Shown here in pieces: positions 7,802-16,113 of a stretch of 33,687 nt of DNA. The stretch lies in the NCBI GenBank assembly GCA_039919825.1, contig JBDSEW010000171.1:1-33687 (forward strand), read 5' to 3'. The number at the start of each line of letters is the position of its first letter. Positions within the stretch are counted from its first letter, which is position 1. Both the position numbers and the translations under genes were made by a program. Source of the stretch: Chitinophagales bacterium (GTDB lineage: Bacteria > Bacteroidota > Bacteroidia > Chitinophagales > UBA10324). The notes under the pieces are model-generated. The model was given only the letters and a program-made list of their open reading frames with translations. It ran no database searches and was not told where the DNA came from.

Positions 7802-10204
7802 GTGAATGCAAGGAAAATCAGGAAAGTAGCGATATTAGGATCCGGTGTAATGGGCAGCCGTATTGCCTGTCATTTTGCGAATATCGGGGTGCAGGTATTG
7901 TTACTCGATATTGCTCCAAAAGAACTAACTGCTGAAGAAGCGGCAAAGGGTTTATCTCCTGAACATCCTGCGGTGAAAAACCGGATTGTAAACCTGGCCC
8001 TTCAATCGACTTTGAAATCCAGGCCCTCTGCTGTCTATTCGACCAATGTATCACGGCTGATCACTACCGGCAACTTCACTGACAATATGAAAGACATTGC
8101 GGGTTGCGACTGGGTGATGGAAGTAGTAGTAGAAAACCTTGACATCAAAAAATCCATCTACGACCAGGTAGAAAAATTCAGATCCGCGGGCGCATTGGTT
8201 TCATCCAACACTTCCAGTATTCCCATTCACCTGATGGCAGAAGGCCGCAGTGAAGATTTTCAGAAAAACTTTTGCGGCACCCACTTTTTTAATCCTCCCC
8301 GTTACCTGAGACTGCTTGAAATTATTCCCACACCTGAAACCGACCCTGAAGTAATTGATTTTCTGTTGCAGTATGGTGATTTATTCCTGGGAAAAGCAAC
8401 CGTGTTGTGTAAAGACACTCCTGCATTCATCGCAAACCGGATTGGTGTATACGCCATCATGCACATTTTTCACCTGATGGAGCAACTTGATATGACGGTG
8501 CAGGAAATTGATTCACTTACCGGTCCCGCAATTGGTCGCCCGAAATCAGCCACGTTCAGAACAAGTGATGTGGTTGGCCTGGATACACTGGTGAAAGTTG
8601 CACAATTTGTTCACAATGCCTGTCCTGAAGATGAAGCACGCGAATTATTTCGTATACCAACGTGGCTCGACCAAATGGTAAAAAACAATTGGCTTGGGGA
8701 TAAAACAGCCCAGGGGTTCTTCAAGAAAGAAAAGCGCGATGGCAAAACCGTTTATCCATCGCTGAATATTAAAACATTGGAGTATGAACTATCTCCAAAA
8801 ACGAAGTTTGACACTATTGATCAGTTAAAACAGACCGATGACCTGAAGCAGAAAATGAAGATTGCAGTAAGCGGAAAAGACAAAGCGGGTGATTTTTACC
8901 GTAACTTTTTCTATGGCATGCTGCAGTATGTTTCCAACAGGGTTCCTGAAATTGCTGATGATATTTTCAGGGTGGATGATGCTTTGAATGCAGGTTTTGG
9001 ATGGGAACTCGGTCCGTTTGCCACCTGGGATGCTATGGGCCTTGAGGCAACAGTAAAGGCTATGGAAGCGAATGGCAATAAACCAGCTGCATGGGTTTAT
9101 GAAATGATTGCGAATGGCAATACTTCTTTTTACAAAGTAGAAAATGGAAAGAAGAAGTACTACGATCTTAAAACTGCTTCGTATAAAACGATTCCCGGAA
9201 CAGATGCCTTCATCATTCTCGAAAATTATTCTAACAACATCGTTTGGAAAAATAGTGGTACAAACCTGGTTGATATAGGAGATGGAGTATTGAACCTGGA
9301 ATTCAGAACCAAGATGAATACCATTGGCGGCGAGGTGCTGGATGCCATTCCAAAATCGGTTGAAATAGCTGAAAAGAATTTTGCAGGGCTGGTTATTGGC
9401 AACCAGGGTGAAAACTTTTCTGCAGGTGCCAATCTCGCTATGATGCTGATGCTGGCAATTGAGCAGGAATATGACGAACTGAACATGGCGTGCAAAATGT
9501 TCCAGAATACTTCCATGAGGATTCGTTATTCTTCTATTCCGGTAGTGGTTGCACCTCATCATCTTACATTAGGTGGTGGTTGCGAGTTTTGTTTGCATGC
9601 TGACAGCGTGCAGGCTGCCGCAGAAACCTACATTGGATTGGTGGAATTCGGAGTGGGAATTATTCCCGCAGGCGCAGGAACGAAAGAAATGGCTTTGCGT
9701 GCAAGTGATGCTTACCAGGAAGGCGAGATTGAATTTCCTGAATTGCAGAAGCGCTTCCTGAACATTGCAACAGCCAAAGTAGCTACCAGTGCTGCCGAAG
9801 CCTTTGACATGGATATTTTCAGAAAAGGAATTGACGACATCAGCATCAATGAGAAAAGGTTGATTGGAGATGCCAAACAAAAAGTGCTGGCGTTGGTTCG
9901 CGAAGGATACACCATGCCGGCGCCGCGCAATGATATTTATGTATTGGGAAGAAGTGCGCTGAGTGCTTTCTATGCAGGCATTGTAGCTATGCAATTTGGA
10001 AATTATGCTTCTGAGCATGATCGCCTGATTGCAGAAAAGCTCGCATTTGTAATGAGTGGGGGTGATCTGACAGCACCAGCATATGTAAGCGAACAATACC
10101 TGCTTGACCTGGAGCGTGAAGCTTTTTTATCATTGGCAACTACAAAAAAATCAATGGAAAGAATGCAGGCGGTTTTGAATACGGGGAAGCCGTTGAGAAA
10201 CTAA
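7802..10204 (+). CDS. 3-hydroxyacyl-CoA dehydrogenase / enoyl-CoA hydratase family protein (multifunctional beta-oxidation enzyme)
   Basis: 800 aa with an N-terminal Rossmann motif (KVAILGSGVMGSRIA), a 3HCDH core (GTHFFNPPRYLRLLEIIP) and a C-terminal crotonase-like region (GENFSAGANL). GTG start; no in-frame ATG nearby. Confidence 0.9.
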   Translation: MNARKIRKVAILGSGVMGSRIACHFANIGVQVLLLDIAPKELTAEEAAKGLSPEHPAVKNRIVNLALQSTLKSRPSAVYSTNVSRLITTGNFTDNMKDIAGCDWVMEVVVENLDIKKSIYDQVEKFRSAGALVSSNTSSIPIHLMAEGRSEDFQKNFCGTHFFNPPRYLRLLEIIPTPETDPEVIDFLLQYGDLFLGKATVLCKDTPAFIANRIGVYAIMHIFHLMEQLDMTVQEIDSLTGPAIGRPKSATFRTSDVVGLDTLVKVAQFVHNACPEDEARELFRIPTWLDQMVKNNWLGDKTAQGFFKKEKRDGKTVYPSLNIKTLEYELSPKTKFDTIDQLKQTDDLKQKMKIAVSGKDKAGDFYRNFFYGMLQYVSNRVPEIADDIFRVDDALNAGFGWELGPFATWDAMGLEATVKAMEANGNKPAAWVYEMIANGNTSFYKVENGKKKYYDLKTASYKTIPGTDAFIILENYSNNIVWKNSGTNLVDIGDGVLNLEFRTKMNTIGGEVLDAIPKSVEIAEKNFAGLVIGNQGENFSAGANLAMMLMLAIEQEYDELNMACKMFQNTSMRIRYSSIPVVVAPHHLTLGGGCEFCLHADSVQAAAETYIGLVEFGVGIIPAGAGTKEMALRASDAYQEGEIEFPELQKRFLNIATAKVATSAAEAFDMDIFRKGIDDISINEKRLIGDAKQKVLALVREGYTMPAPRNDIYVLGRSALSAFYAGIVAMQFGNYASEHDRLIAEKLAFVMSGGDLTAPAYVSEQYLLDLEREAFLSLATTKKSMERMQAVLNTGKPLRN

Positions 10205-10219
10205 GTGGGAGAATGCAGG

Positions 10220-10254
10220 ACGTCAGACTTAAGACGAAAGACTTAAGACGTTGG
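10220..10254 (+). repeat. five tandem heptads ACNNNAG (ACGTCAG ACTTAAG ACGAAAG ACTTAAG ACGTTGG); left arm of the inverted repeat around the four-helix-bundle gene
   Basis: Read directly; starts 16 nt after the upstream stop codon. Bases 10226-10250 are 21/25 complementary to 10675-10699. Confidence 0.7.
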
Positions 10255-10295
10255 AAATTGAATATATTTTATGAGCCTATAAAACTCAGGAAGAA

Positions 10296-10655
10296 ATGGA
10301 ACATAATTTTAAGAAGCTTAAAATCTGGAATGCCGCTATGGATATTGTTGATGAAGTGTTTGCACTTACTTCAAAGTTTCCAAAGGAGGAAATATTTTGC
10401 CTTCAGTCACAATCACGAAGGGCTGCCATTGCAATGCCTTCAAATGTTGCAGAAGGTTCCGGAAGAAGAACAAAAAAGGATTTTAGTAATTTCATAGACA
10501 TTGCACTTGGTTCAAGTAATGAATTGGTTACACAATTGATAATTGCTGAAAGAAGAAAATACATCTTAAATGCAGAATGTGAATCATTAGCTTCAAAGAT
10601 CCAGCAATGGCAAAACATGACTGTTTCTTTTCAAAATAACAATTTAAAAGTTTGA
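10296..10655 (+). CDS. four helix bundle protein (23S rRNA intervening-sequence protein family, TIGR02436/PF05635)
   Basis: 119 aa. FKKLKIWNAAMDIVDEVFALTSKFPKEEIFCLQSQSRRAAIAMPSNVAEGSGRRTKKDFSNFIDIALGSSNELVTQL is the family signature as I recall it. Confidence 0.85.
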   Translation: MEHNFKKLKIWNAAMDIVDEVFALTSKFPKEEIFCLQSQSRRAAIAMPSNVAEGSGRRTKKDFSNFIDIALGSSNELVTQLIIAERRKYILNAECESLASKIQQWQNMTVSFQNNNLKV

Positions 10656-10674
10656 AATTAATTTAACGATTCAT

Positions 10675-10699
10675 CGTCTTATGTCTACCGTCTTACGTC
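10675..10699 (-). repeat. right arm of the inverted repeat (CGTCTTATGTCTACCGTCTTACGTC); heptads ACGTAAG ACGGTAG ACATAAG on the minus strand
   Basis: Its reverse complement aligns 21/25 with 10226-10250 and has the same 7-nt periodicity. Confidence 0.7.
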
Positions 10700-10719
10700 A
10701 ATACTCAAATTAAAAAAGC

Positions 10720-11895
10720 ATGAACGAAGCATACATCATCTCCGGCCTCCGCACCGCTGTAGGCAAATCAAAGAAAGGTGGTTTCAGATTTATGAGGCCG
10801 GATGACCTGGCGGTGCAGGTGATTAAAAAATTGCTTGCCGACGTCCCTCAGCTCGATCCCAAAAGAGTGGATGATCTTATTGTGGGCAATGCCGTGCCTG
10901 AAGCCGAACAAGGTTTGCAGATTGCACGGTGGATTGCCATTCAGGCACTGCCTGTGAGTGTTCCCGCTGTTACTATCAACAGGTATTGTGCGAGTGGCCT
11001 TGAAGCCATTGCGATGGCAACTGCAAAAATCCGCAGCGGTATGGCTGAGTGTATTATTGCCGGTGGTGCAGAGTCGATGTCACTTGTTCCAACGATGGGC
11101 TGGAAAACAGTTCCCAACTACAATGTTGCAAAAGACCATGCAGAATATTTCCTGGGCATGGGACTTACCGCAGAAGAGGTTGCACGGGAATACAACATCA
11201 CGCGTGAAGACGCTGATCTGTTCTCTTGGCAATCACACCAGAAAGCAATTGCCGCTATTCAGGATGGCAAGTTCAAAAATGAAATTGTTCCGATAAATGT
11301 GGAAGAGGTAACTGTAGAAAACGGGAAACGGAAAACGAAAAACTGGGTGGTGGATACCGACGAAGGCCCCCGTGCAGACACCACACTGGAGGCATTGGCT
11401 AAACTTAAGCCTGCCTTTAAAATAGGCGGACAGGTTACAGCAGGCAACTCATCACAGACATCTGATGGTGCTTCCTTTGTAATTGTAATGAGCGAAAAAA
11501 TGATGGTTGAACTGGGATTGAAGCCCATTGCACGTTTGGTAAGTTGCGCATCGGCTGGTGTAAATCCGCGTATCATGGGAATTGGACCGGTGGAAGCCAT
11601 TCCAAAAGCATTAAACCAGGCAAGCATGAAACTTTCGGATATTGACGTGATTGAGTTGAATGAAGCGTTTGCAACGCAATCGCTGGCAGTAGTGCGCACG
11701 CTCAGTATCGATCCTTCAAAAGTAAATCCTAATGGCGGGGCTATTGCCCTGGGGCATCCTTTAGGTTGCAGCGGAACAAAACTCACCGTGCAACTAGTAA
11801 ATGAATTGAAACGTACCAATAAGAAATATGGAATTGTTTCAGCGTGTGTAGGTGGTGGACAGGGAATAGCCGGAGTGATTGAAGCAATCGCTTAG
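10720..11895 (+). CDS. fadA: acetyl-CoA C-acyltransferase (3-ketoacyl-CoA thiolase)
   Basis: 391 aa. Active-site regions NRYCASGLEA, NEAFATQ, GHPLGCSG and CVGGGQG. Confidence 0.92.
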   Translation: MNEAYIISGLRTAVGKSKKGGFRFMRPDDLAVQVIKKLLADVPQLDPKRVDDLIVGNAVPEAEQGLQIARWIAIQALPVSVPAVTINRYCASGLEAIAMATAKIRSGMAECIIAGGAESMSLVPTMGWKTVPNYNVAKDHAEYFLGMGLTAEEVAREYNITREDADLFSWQSHQKAIAAIQDGKFKNEIVPINVEEVTVENGKRKTKNWVVDTDEGPRADTTLEALAKLKPAFKIGGQVTAGNSSQTSDGASFVIVMSEKMMVELGLKPIARLVSCASAGVNPRIMGIGPVEAIPKALNQASMKLSDIDVIELNEAFATQSLAVVRTLSIDPSKVNPNGGAIALGHPLGCSGTKLTVQLVNELKRTNKKYGIVSACVGGGQGIAGVIEAIA

Positions 11896-11965
11896 CACAA
11901 CACATAAGTTTTTTTTAAAAAAAATCTTCGACGAAAAAATCTTTAAACCAAAATAAATTTAAAAA

Positions 11966-12607
11966 ATGACAACAACTATTGAAGCAGACAAAATGCAGAA
12001 ACAAAGATTCCCGATAGGTATGTTTGAGTTCGGTAAAACATATACCGATGAAAACGTTCAACAGCTGATCAGGAAAATTGAAGAGTTTCCTGGTAAGCTT
12101 AAAAGGATTATCACCGGCCTTACAAAAGAGCAGCTTGATAGCACCTATCGCGAGAATGGATGGACAATCAGGCAGGTGATCCACCATCTCGCAGACAGCC
12201 ATATCAATGCGTACATGCGTTTCCGCCTTGCGTTGACTGAAGATACACCAACGATAAAACCTTACGACCAGGAGTTGTGGGCCAACCTGGAGGATGCAAA
12301 AAATGCAGCTCCTGAATTGTCTTTTGATTTGCTGAGCAACCTGCACAAGCGCTGGGCGATTTTATTAAAGTCGATGACACCACAGGATTTTGAACGGCTC
12401 TTCTACCATCCTGAACACCAGATGAGTTTTGCACTGAAAGAAATCCTGGGAATGTATGCATGGCATGGCGAACACCATTACACACACATCCTGAAAGCAA
12501 AAGAAAAGTTCAGTGCTACAAAACCCAAAGCAAAAAAGGCGACCGTTAAAAGCACGGCTCCGAAAACAGCAAACAAACCTGCTGTAAAAAAAGAGGTGAA
12601 AAAATAG
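11966..12607 (+). CDS. DinB/YfiT-family metal-dependent (thiol-transferase-like) protein with a Lys/Ala/Pro-rich C-terminal tail
   Basis: FPIGMFEF..., GWTIRQVIHHLADSHINAYMRFRLALTEDTPTIKPYDQELWA and YAWHGEHHYTHI parallel B. subtilis YfiT. The last ~35 aa read KPKAKKATVKSTAPKTANKPAVKKEVKK. Confidence 0.75.
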   Translation: MTTTIEADKMQKQRFPIGMFEFGKTYTDENVQQLIRKIEEFPGKLKRIITGLTKEQLDSTYRENGWTIRQVIHHLADSHINAYMRFRLALTEDTPTIKPYDQELWANLEDAKNAAPELSFDLLSNLHKRWAILLKSMTPQDFERLFYHPEHQMSFALKEILGMYAWHGEHHYTHILKAKEKFSATKPKAKKATVKSTAPKTANKPAVKKEVKK

Positions 12608-12630
12608 TCTTAGTTATAAGCAGCATAATG

Positions 12631-12684
12631 ATGAACGCAGCGAAAACTTTGTTTATGCATTCAACAGGTTTTCGTTGTGTTCAT
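12631..12684 (+). other. long intercistronic hairpin: 17-bp stem (15/17 paired), 20-nt loop
   Basis: ATGAACGCAGCGAAAAC (12631-12647) pairs with GTTTTCGTTGTGTTCAT (12668-12684). It lies between the yfiT-like stop and the acyl-CoA dehydrogenase start. Confidence 0.5.
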
Positions 12685-12758
12685 TTTACCATTTCCGGTA
12701 TAAAAAACCTTTCCTGAGTTCTACTCAGTCTTCATTCATCAGTCTAAAAACTTTTGTT

Positions 12759-14546
12759 ATGTCCACAGCATCTATCACCAGAAATGTCACGAAAGGCGGA
12801 GAATTCCTGATCAAAGAAACTTCAGCCTCCGACATATTTGTACCGGAAGAGATCAATGAAGAACAAAAAATGATTGTGCAGATGGCGCGTGATTTTGTGG
12901 ATCAGGAAATATTTCCCAATGATGCGCGCATTGAAAAGCTGGAACCAGGACTTGCGGTGGAACTGATGAAAAAAGCCGGTGACCTTGGCCTGCTTGGAGC
13001 ATCTGTTCCCGAAGAGTATGGAGGTTTTGGGAAAGACTTTGTCACATCTGCTTTTCTGACTGTTGCAACAGGTGATGCAGGTTCTCTGGCTGTTAGTATG
13101 TCAGCTCATACGGGGATAGGTACACTACCCATTCTTTATTTTGGCACTGAAGAACAGAAGAAAAAGTATTTACCCAGACTCGCTTCAGGTGAATTGAAAG
13201 CAGCTTATTGCTTAACTGAACCTGGTTCAGGGTCTGATGCACTGGCTGCTAAGACATCAGCAGTACTCAGTGAGGATAAAAAATCATGGATCATCAATGG
13301 CCAGAAGATGTGGATCACCAACGGTGGTTTTGCTGACCTGTTTATTGTTTTTGCAAAAATAAATGGCGAGCAGTTTACGGGTTTTATTGTGGAGGCAGCT
13401 ACAGAAGGTCTTACACGCGGAGAAGAAGAACACAAGATGGGAATTAAAGGATCTTCTACCCGGCAAATATTTTTTCAGGATGTAAAAATTCCGGTTGAAA
13501 ACTTATTGGGTGAAGCAGGGAAAGGCCACCTTATTGCATTCAACATTCTCAACATTGGGAGGTTGAAATTAGCTGCAGCCACGGTAGGTGGTGGAAAGCG
13601 TTTATCTGATATCACTGTTCAGTATGCGACACAACGTGAACAATTCAAAAAACCCATCGCCACATTTGGTGCTATAAAATATAAACTGGCTGAACAGGCC
13701 ATCAGGTTGTTTGTAACTGAGTCTGCGATGTTTCGCACTGCTAATGATATTGAAAACCTGAAAGTGGCATTGCTGGAAGAAGGAAAAAAATACCATGAGG
13801 CCCTGATGGGTGCTGCAGAAGAATATGCGATTGAATGCGCGCTGCTGAAAGTGATCGGTTCGGAAATGATTGATTACGTGGTGGATGAAGCTGTACAGGT
13901 ACATGGTGGAATTGGGTTTTCTGAAGAATACCTTCCCGCACGTGCTTACCGTGATGCGCGTATCAACAGGATCTTCGAAGGCACCAATGAAATAAACAGG
14001 TTGCTGTCAGTAGATATGTTGCTGAAGCGTGCATTAAAAGGACGGCTTGATCTGATGTCGCCTGCCATGTCGATCCAAAAGGAATTGATGTCGGTGCCTG
14101 ACTTTTCAGGGGGAGACGAAGGTGAATATGCCACTGAGAAAAAAACAGTAAAGAATATGAAAAAGGCGACCCTGATGACAGCAGGAGCGGCCGTGCAAAA
14201 ACTGATGATGGGGCTGGAAAGCGAGCAGGAGATCCTCATGAATGCTTCTGATATGCTTTCAGAAATTTATACCAGCGAATCCGTTTTACTTCGCGTGGAA
14301 AAGTTGAAAGAAATGGGACATGATGTAACGCTGCTCAGCGATATCCTGCATGTGTATTTACACGATTCAGTAAATCGTTTGGAAACGGCAGGCAGAAATG
14401 CACTCGAATCGTTTGCTGATGCTGATGAATTGAAAATGATGCTGATCGGATTAAAGCGTTTCACCAAACAGGAACCTTTCAATTGCAAAGATGCGAGGAG
14501 AAGGATTGCTGATAGGTTGATTGAAGAAAATAAATATTGCTTCTGA
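12759..14546 (+). CDS. acyl-CoA dehydrogenase family protein (long form, ~595 aa)
   Basis: ACAD motifs (CLTEPGSGSDA, WITNGG, QVHGGIGF, ARINRIFEGTNEI). The ORF is open from 12675, but that extension runs through the hairpin, so ATG 12759 (MSTASITRN) is preferred. Confidence 0.9.
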   Translation: MSTASITRNVTKGGEFLIKETSASDIFVPEEINEEQKMIVQMARDFVDQEIFPNDARIEKLEPGLAVELMKKAGDLGLLGASVPEEYGGFGKDFVTSAFLTVATGDAGSLAVSMSAHTGIGTLPILYFGTEEQKKKYLPRLASGELKAAYCLTEPGSGSDALAAKTSAVLSEDKKSWIINGQKMWITNGGFADLFIVFAKINGEQFTGFIVEAATEGLTRGEEEHKMGIKGSSTRQIFFQDVKIPVENLLGEAGKGHLIAFNILNIGRLKLAAATVGGGKRLSDITVQYATQREQFKKPIATFGAIKYKLAEQAIRLFVTESAMFRTANDIENLKVALLEEGKKYHEALMGAAEEYAIECALLKVIGSEMIDYVVDEAVQVHGGIGFSEEYLPARAYRDARINRIFEGTNEINRLLSVDMLLKRALKGRLDLMSPAMSIQKELMSVPDFSGGDEGEYATEKKTVKNMKKATLMTAGAAVQKLMMGLESEQEILMNASDMLSEIYTSESVLLRVEKLKEMGHDVTLLSDILHVYLHDSVNRLETAGRNALESFADADELKMMLIGLKRFTKQEPFNCKDARRRIADRLIEENKYCF

Positions 14547-14630
14547 TGATAATCACTGCATGGTAAAGATTGCTACAGGTAATCTTTAAGGAATCCCAAC
14601 CGTGAAAAAGTTTGGAGTTTTATTTTTTTG

Positions 14631-14661
14631 ATAGTTTTCTATTGGAAAACTATTAGTTTTG
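14631..14661 (+). promoter_or_regulatory. higBA promoter/operator: 9-bp perfect inverted repeat ATAGTTTTC-N5-GAAAACTAT (14631-14653) and -7 box TAGTTTTG (14654-14661)
   Basis: Read directly; ends 5 nt before the toxin ATG (14666). Palindromes overlapping the promoter are the usual autoregulation sites of type II TA loci. Confidence 0.5.
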
Positions 14662-14665
14662 CAAG

Positions 14666-14976
14666 ATGTTCAATATTATTGCCCGCAAAACATTGCAGGA
14701 GTATTGTAAACAGTATCCCCAAGCGGCCAATGCGTTGAAAGAATAGTATCATGAATTGCTTCAATCTGAATTCACAAACATTAATGAACTGAAGCAGGTT
14801 TATGGAAATGCAAGTGTAGTGAGAGATGACAGGATAGTTTTTAATATCATTGGAATAATTACCGCCTTGTCGTGAGAATAGTTTTTGAATACAAAACCGT
14901 CCAGATCAAATGGTTTGAAACCCATAAGGAATACGATAAGATTGATGTAACCAAAGTTCAATACAGAAGGAAATGA
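14666..14976 (+). pseudogene. higB: HigB-family type II toxin (mRNA interferase), inactivated
   Basis: MFNIIARKTLQEYCKQYPQAANALKE*YHELLQSEFTNINELKQVYGNASVVRDDRIVFNI..., then after a -1 shift GNNYRLVVRIVFEYKTVQIKWFETHKEYDKID. In-frame TAG at 14744-14746 where the family has Trp. A 1-nt deletion lies in the A-run near 14853-14857. The stop overlaps the antitoxin start (ATGA). Confidence 0.8.
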
Positions 14977-15329
14977 AACTGAGACCGATTAGAACCAAAA
15001 AAGAATATGAAACCATGTTGCAATGGATAGATGTGCAGTTTGACCGTAAGTTAAAACCGCATACACCTGAAGGTGAGCAACTGCAAATCGCATTATTGAT
15101 AGTAAAGAAATTCGAAGATGAACATTACGCTGTTCCTTTGCCGGATCCCATTGAAGCAATTAAACTGAAAATGGAGGAGAAAGGATTAAGGAACAAAGAT
15201 CTCGTTGGGAAACTCGGAAGTAAAGGATATGTCTCCGCGATTCTGAACCGTAAAAAACCAATGACACTCGAAATTGCCCGACTCTTTCATCGCGAATTGG
15301 GTGTACCAGCTGAAGTGCTACTTTCCTGA
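14973..15329 (+). CDS. higA: HigA-family antitoxin / HTH (Xre-type) transcriptional regulator
   Basis: 118 aa, intact. The C-terminal HTH (NKDLVGKLGSKGYVSAILNRKKPMTLEIARLFHRELGVPAEVLL) parallels E. coli HigA, and the 4-nt overlap with the toxin frame is typical. Confidence 0.8.
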   Translation: MKLRPIRTKKEYETMLQWIDVQFDRKLKPHTPEGEQLQIALLIVKKFEDEHYAVPLPDPIEAIKLKMEEKGLRNKDLVGKLGSKGYVSAILNRKKPMTLEIARLFHRELGVPAEVLLS

Positions 15330-15505
15330 GTACTCGGATAATAAGTGTTCACTACGTTGCTTTATTATTGCCTCATGTGAACTTCATATATATTCCCTTG
15401 ATAAATTAACTTTATTGAAAATTTTCGGTTGGTTAATTCAGTAACTTGCCAATACTCATCTCATAAATCAACTTGTTCACAAAAAGTGGAATCTATCATG
15501 CCCGG

Positions 15506-15850
15506 CTAAAATGATCCGTATTGAGGCGATGATTTTGCACAGCAGAAAAAAGTATCCGGCATTTCAAGAACAAAAGAAAATTCAACGGTTAAAAGAGAGA
15601 AATTATTCGTATTTTTTGCAGAGAAAGTTCCCGAACTTTGATTGTATTGATAATAGTAAGGGTCGTATCTAATTTCATATTTCACAATTCCCAATAGCAG
15701 GGTTCATCCTTTTATTCGACACCATTAAAAACTACCGATTCGATATTCCAGGTTCCAGACAGCAATTTTTCATTGTCCTTTTTGCAGGAGGAAAAATGAC
15801 ACTACAAAGTAACAAAGCGCGAGAAAAATCGAAAGACGGAATAGTATTCA
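15506..15850 (-). pseudogene. possible decayed small lipoprotein (lipocalin-like) downstream of the TonB-dependent receptor
   Basis: Three minus-strand frames join into a plausible protein: ...FSRALLLCSVIF / SSCKKDNEKLLSGTWNIESVVFNGVE*KDEPCYWE / GIVKYEIRYDPYYYQYNQSSGTF...SPQYGSF*. This needs at least two frameshifts and one TAA. Only the last piece appears as an ORF (15506..15694). Confidence 0.35.
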
Positions 15851-15851
15851 C

Positions 15852-16021
15852 TTAGAGGCTGTTAGGAAATGATAAAATTGAGCATGTATGTCCCTTAAAG
15901 CCCCATCCTAAATCCTTCCCCTAAGCGGAAGGACTTGCTCCCCACTCTCATCTATGATCATTATCATGTTTGAAAATGTCTTCTTAAAATTTAATTTAGA
16001 TGAAATCCTAACAGGCTCTTA
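15852..16021. repeat. imperfect ~28-bp inverted repeat enclosing ~110 bp (hairpin or MITE-like, no target duplication seen)
   Basis: TTAGAGGCTGTTAGGAAATGATAAAATT (left) vs AATTTAGATGAAATCCTAACAGGCTCTTAA (right), with a perfect 9-bp CTGTTAGGA/TCCTAACAG core and about 22/28 overall. Internal hairpin CCTTCC-CCTAAGC-GGAAGG. Confidence 0.4.
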
Positions 16022-16113
16022 ACGAAAGTAAGAGAAAACAACCAACGCATAGTTGTGGTCTTTCATCATTTGCCCCTTCCCTTATTGACACAATGGTTGA
16101 AACCTGTTGAATC

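Noticed and set aside
8825-9562. 245-aa minus-strand ORF inside the dehydrogenase/hydratase gene, and similar long antisense ORFs at 9569..10096, 11259..11819, 11915..12346, 17803..18321 and 31707..32084
   Set aside because: Each lies fully antisense to a gene with strong, motif-supported homology. Their sequences are low-complexity with no recognisable domains, so they are shadow ORFs.
10220-10254. Heptad arrays (also at 28857-28891) as a CRISPR or mini-CRISPR array
   Set aside because: The units are 7 nt with no spacers, no repeats of 24 nt or more, and no cas genes. They are simple tandem repeats.
10213-10497. 94-aa ORF overlapping the four-helix-bundle gene in another frame
   Set aside because: It starts inside the heptad array, which explains its KTKDLRR-type translation, and it competes with a well-supported family member in the adjacent frame.
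12675-12758. N-terminal extension of the acyl-CoA dehydrogenase ORF (MCSFYHFRYKK...)
   Set aside because: The extension overlaps the right arm of the 12631-12684 hairpin and has no counterpart in ACAD proteins. ATG 12759 gives the usual N-terminus.
16024-16071. Minus-strand mini-ORF MMKDHNYALVVFSYFR* just downstream of the receptor gene, as a possible signal peptide interrupted by the inverted-repeat element
   Set aside because: It is only 16 codons and has no lipobox. The better lipoprotein signal (…LLLCSVIF/SSC) lies on the other side of the repeat, so interruption of a gene is not supported.
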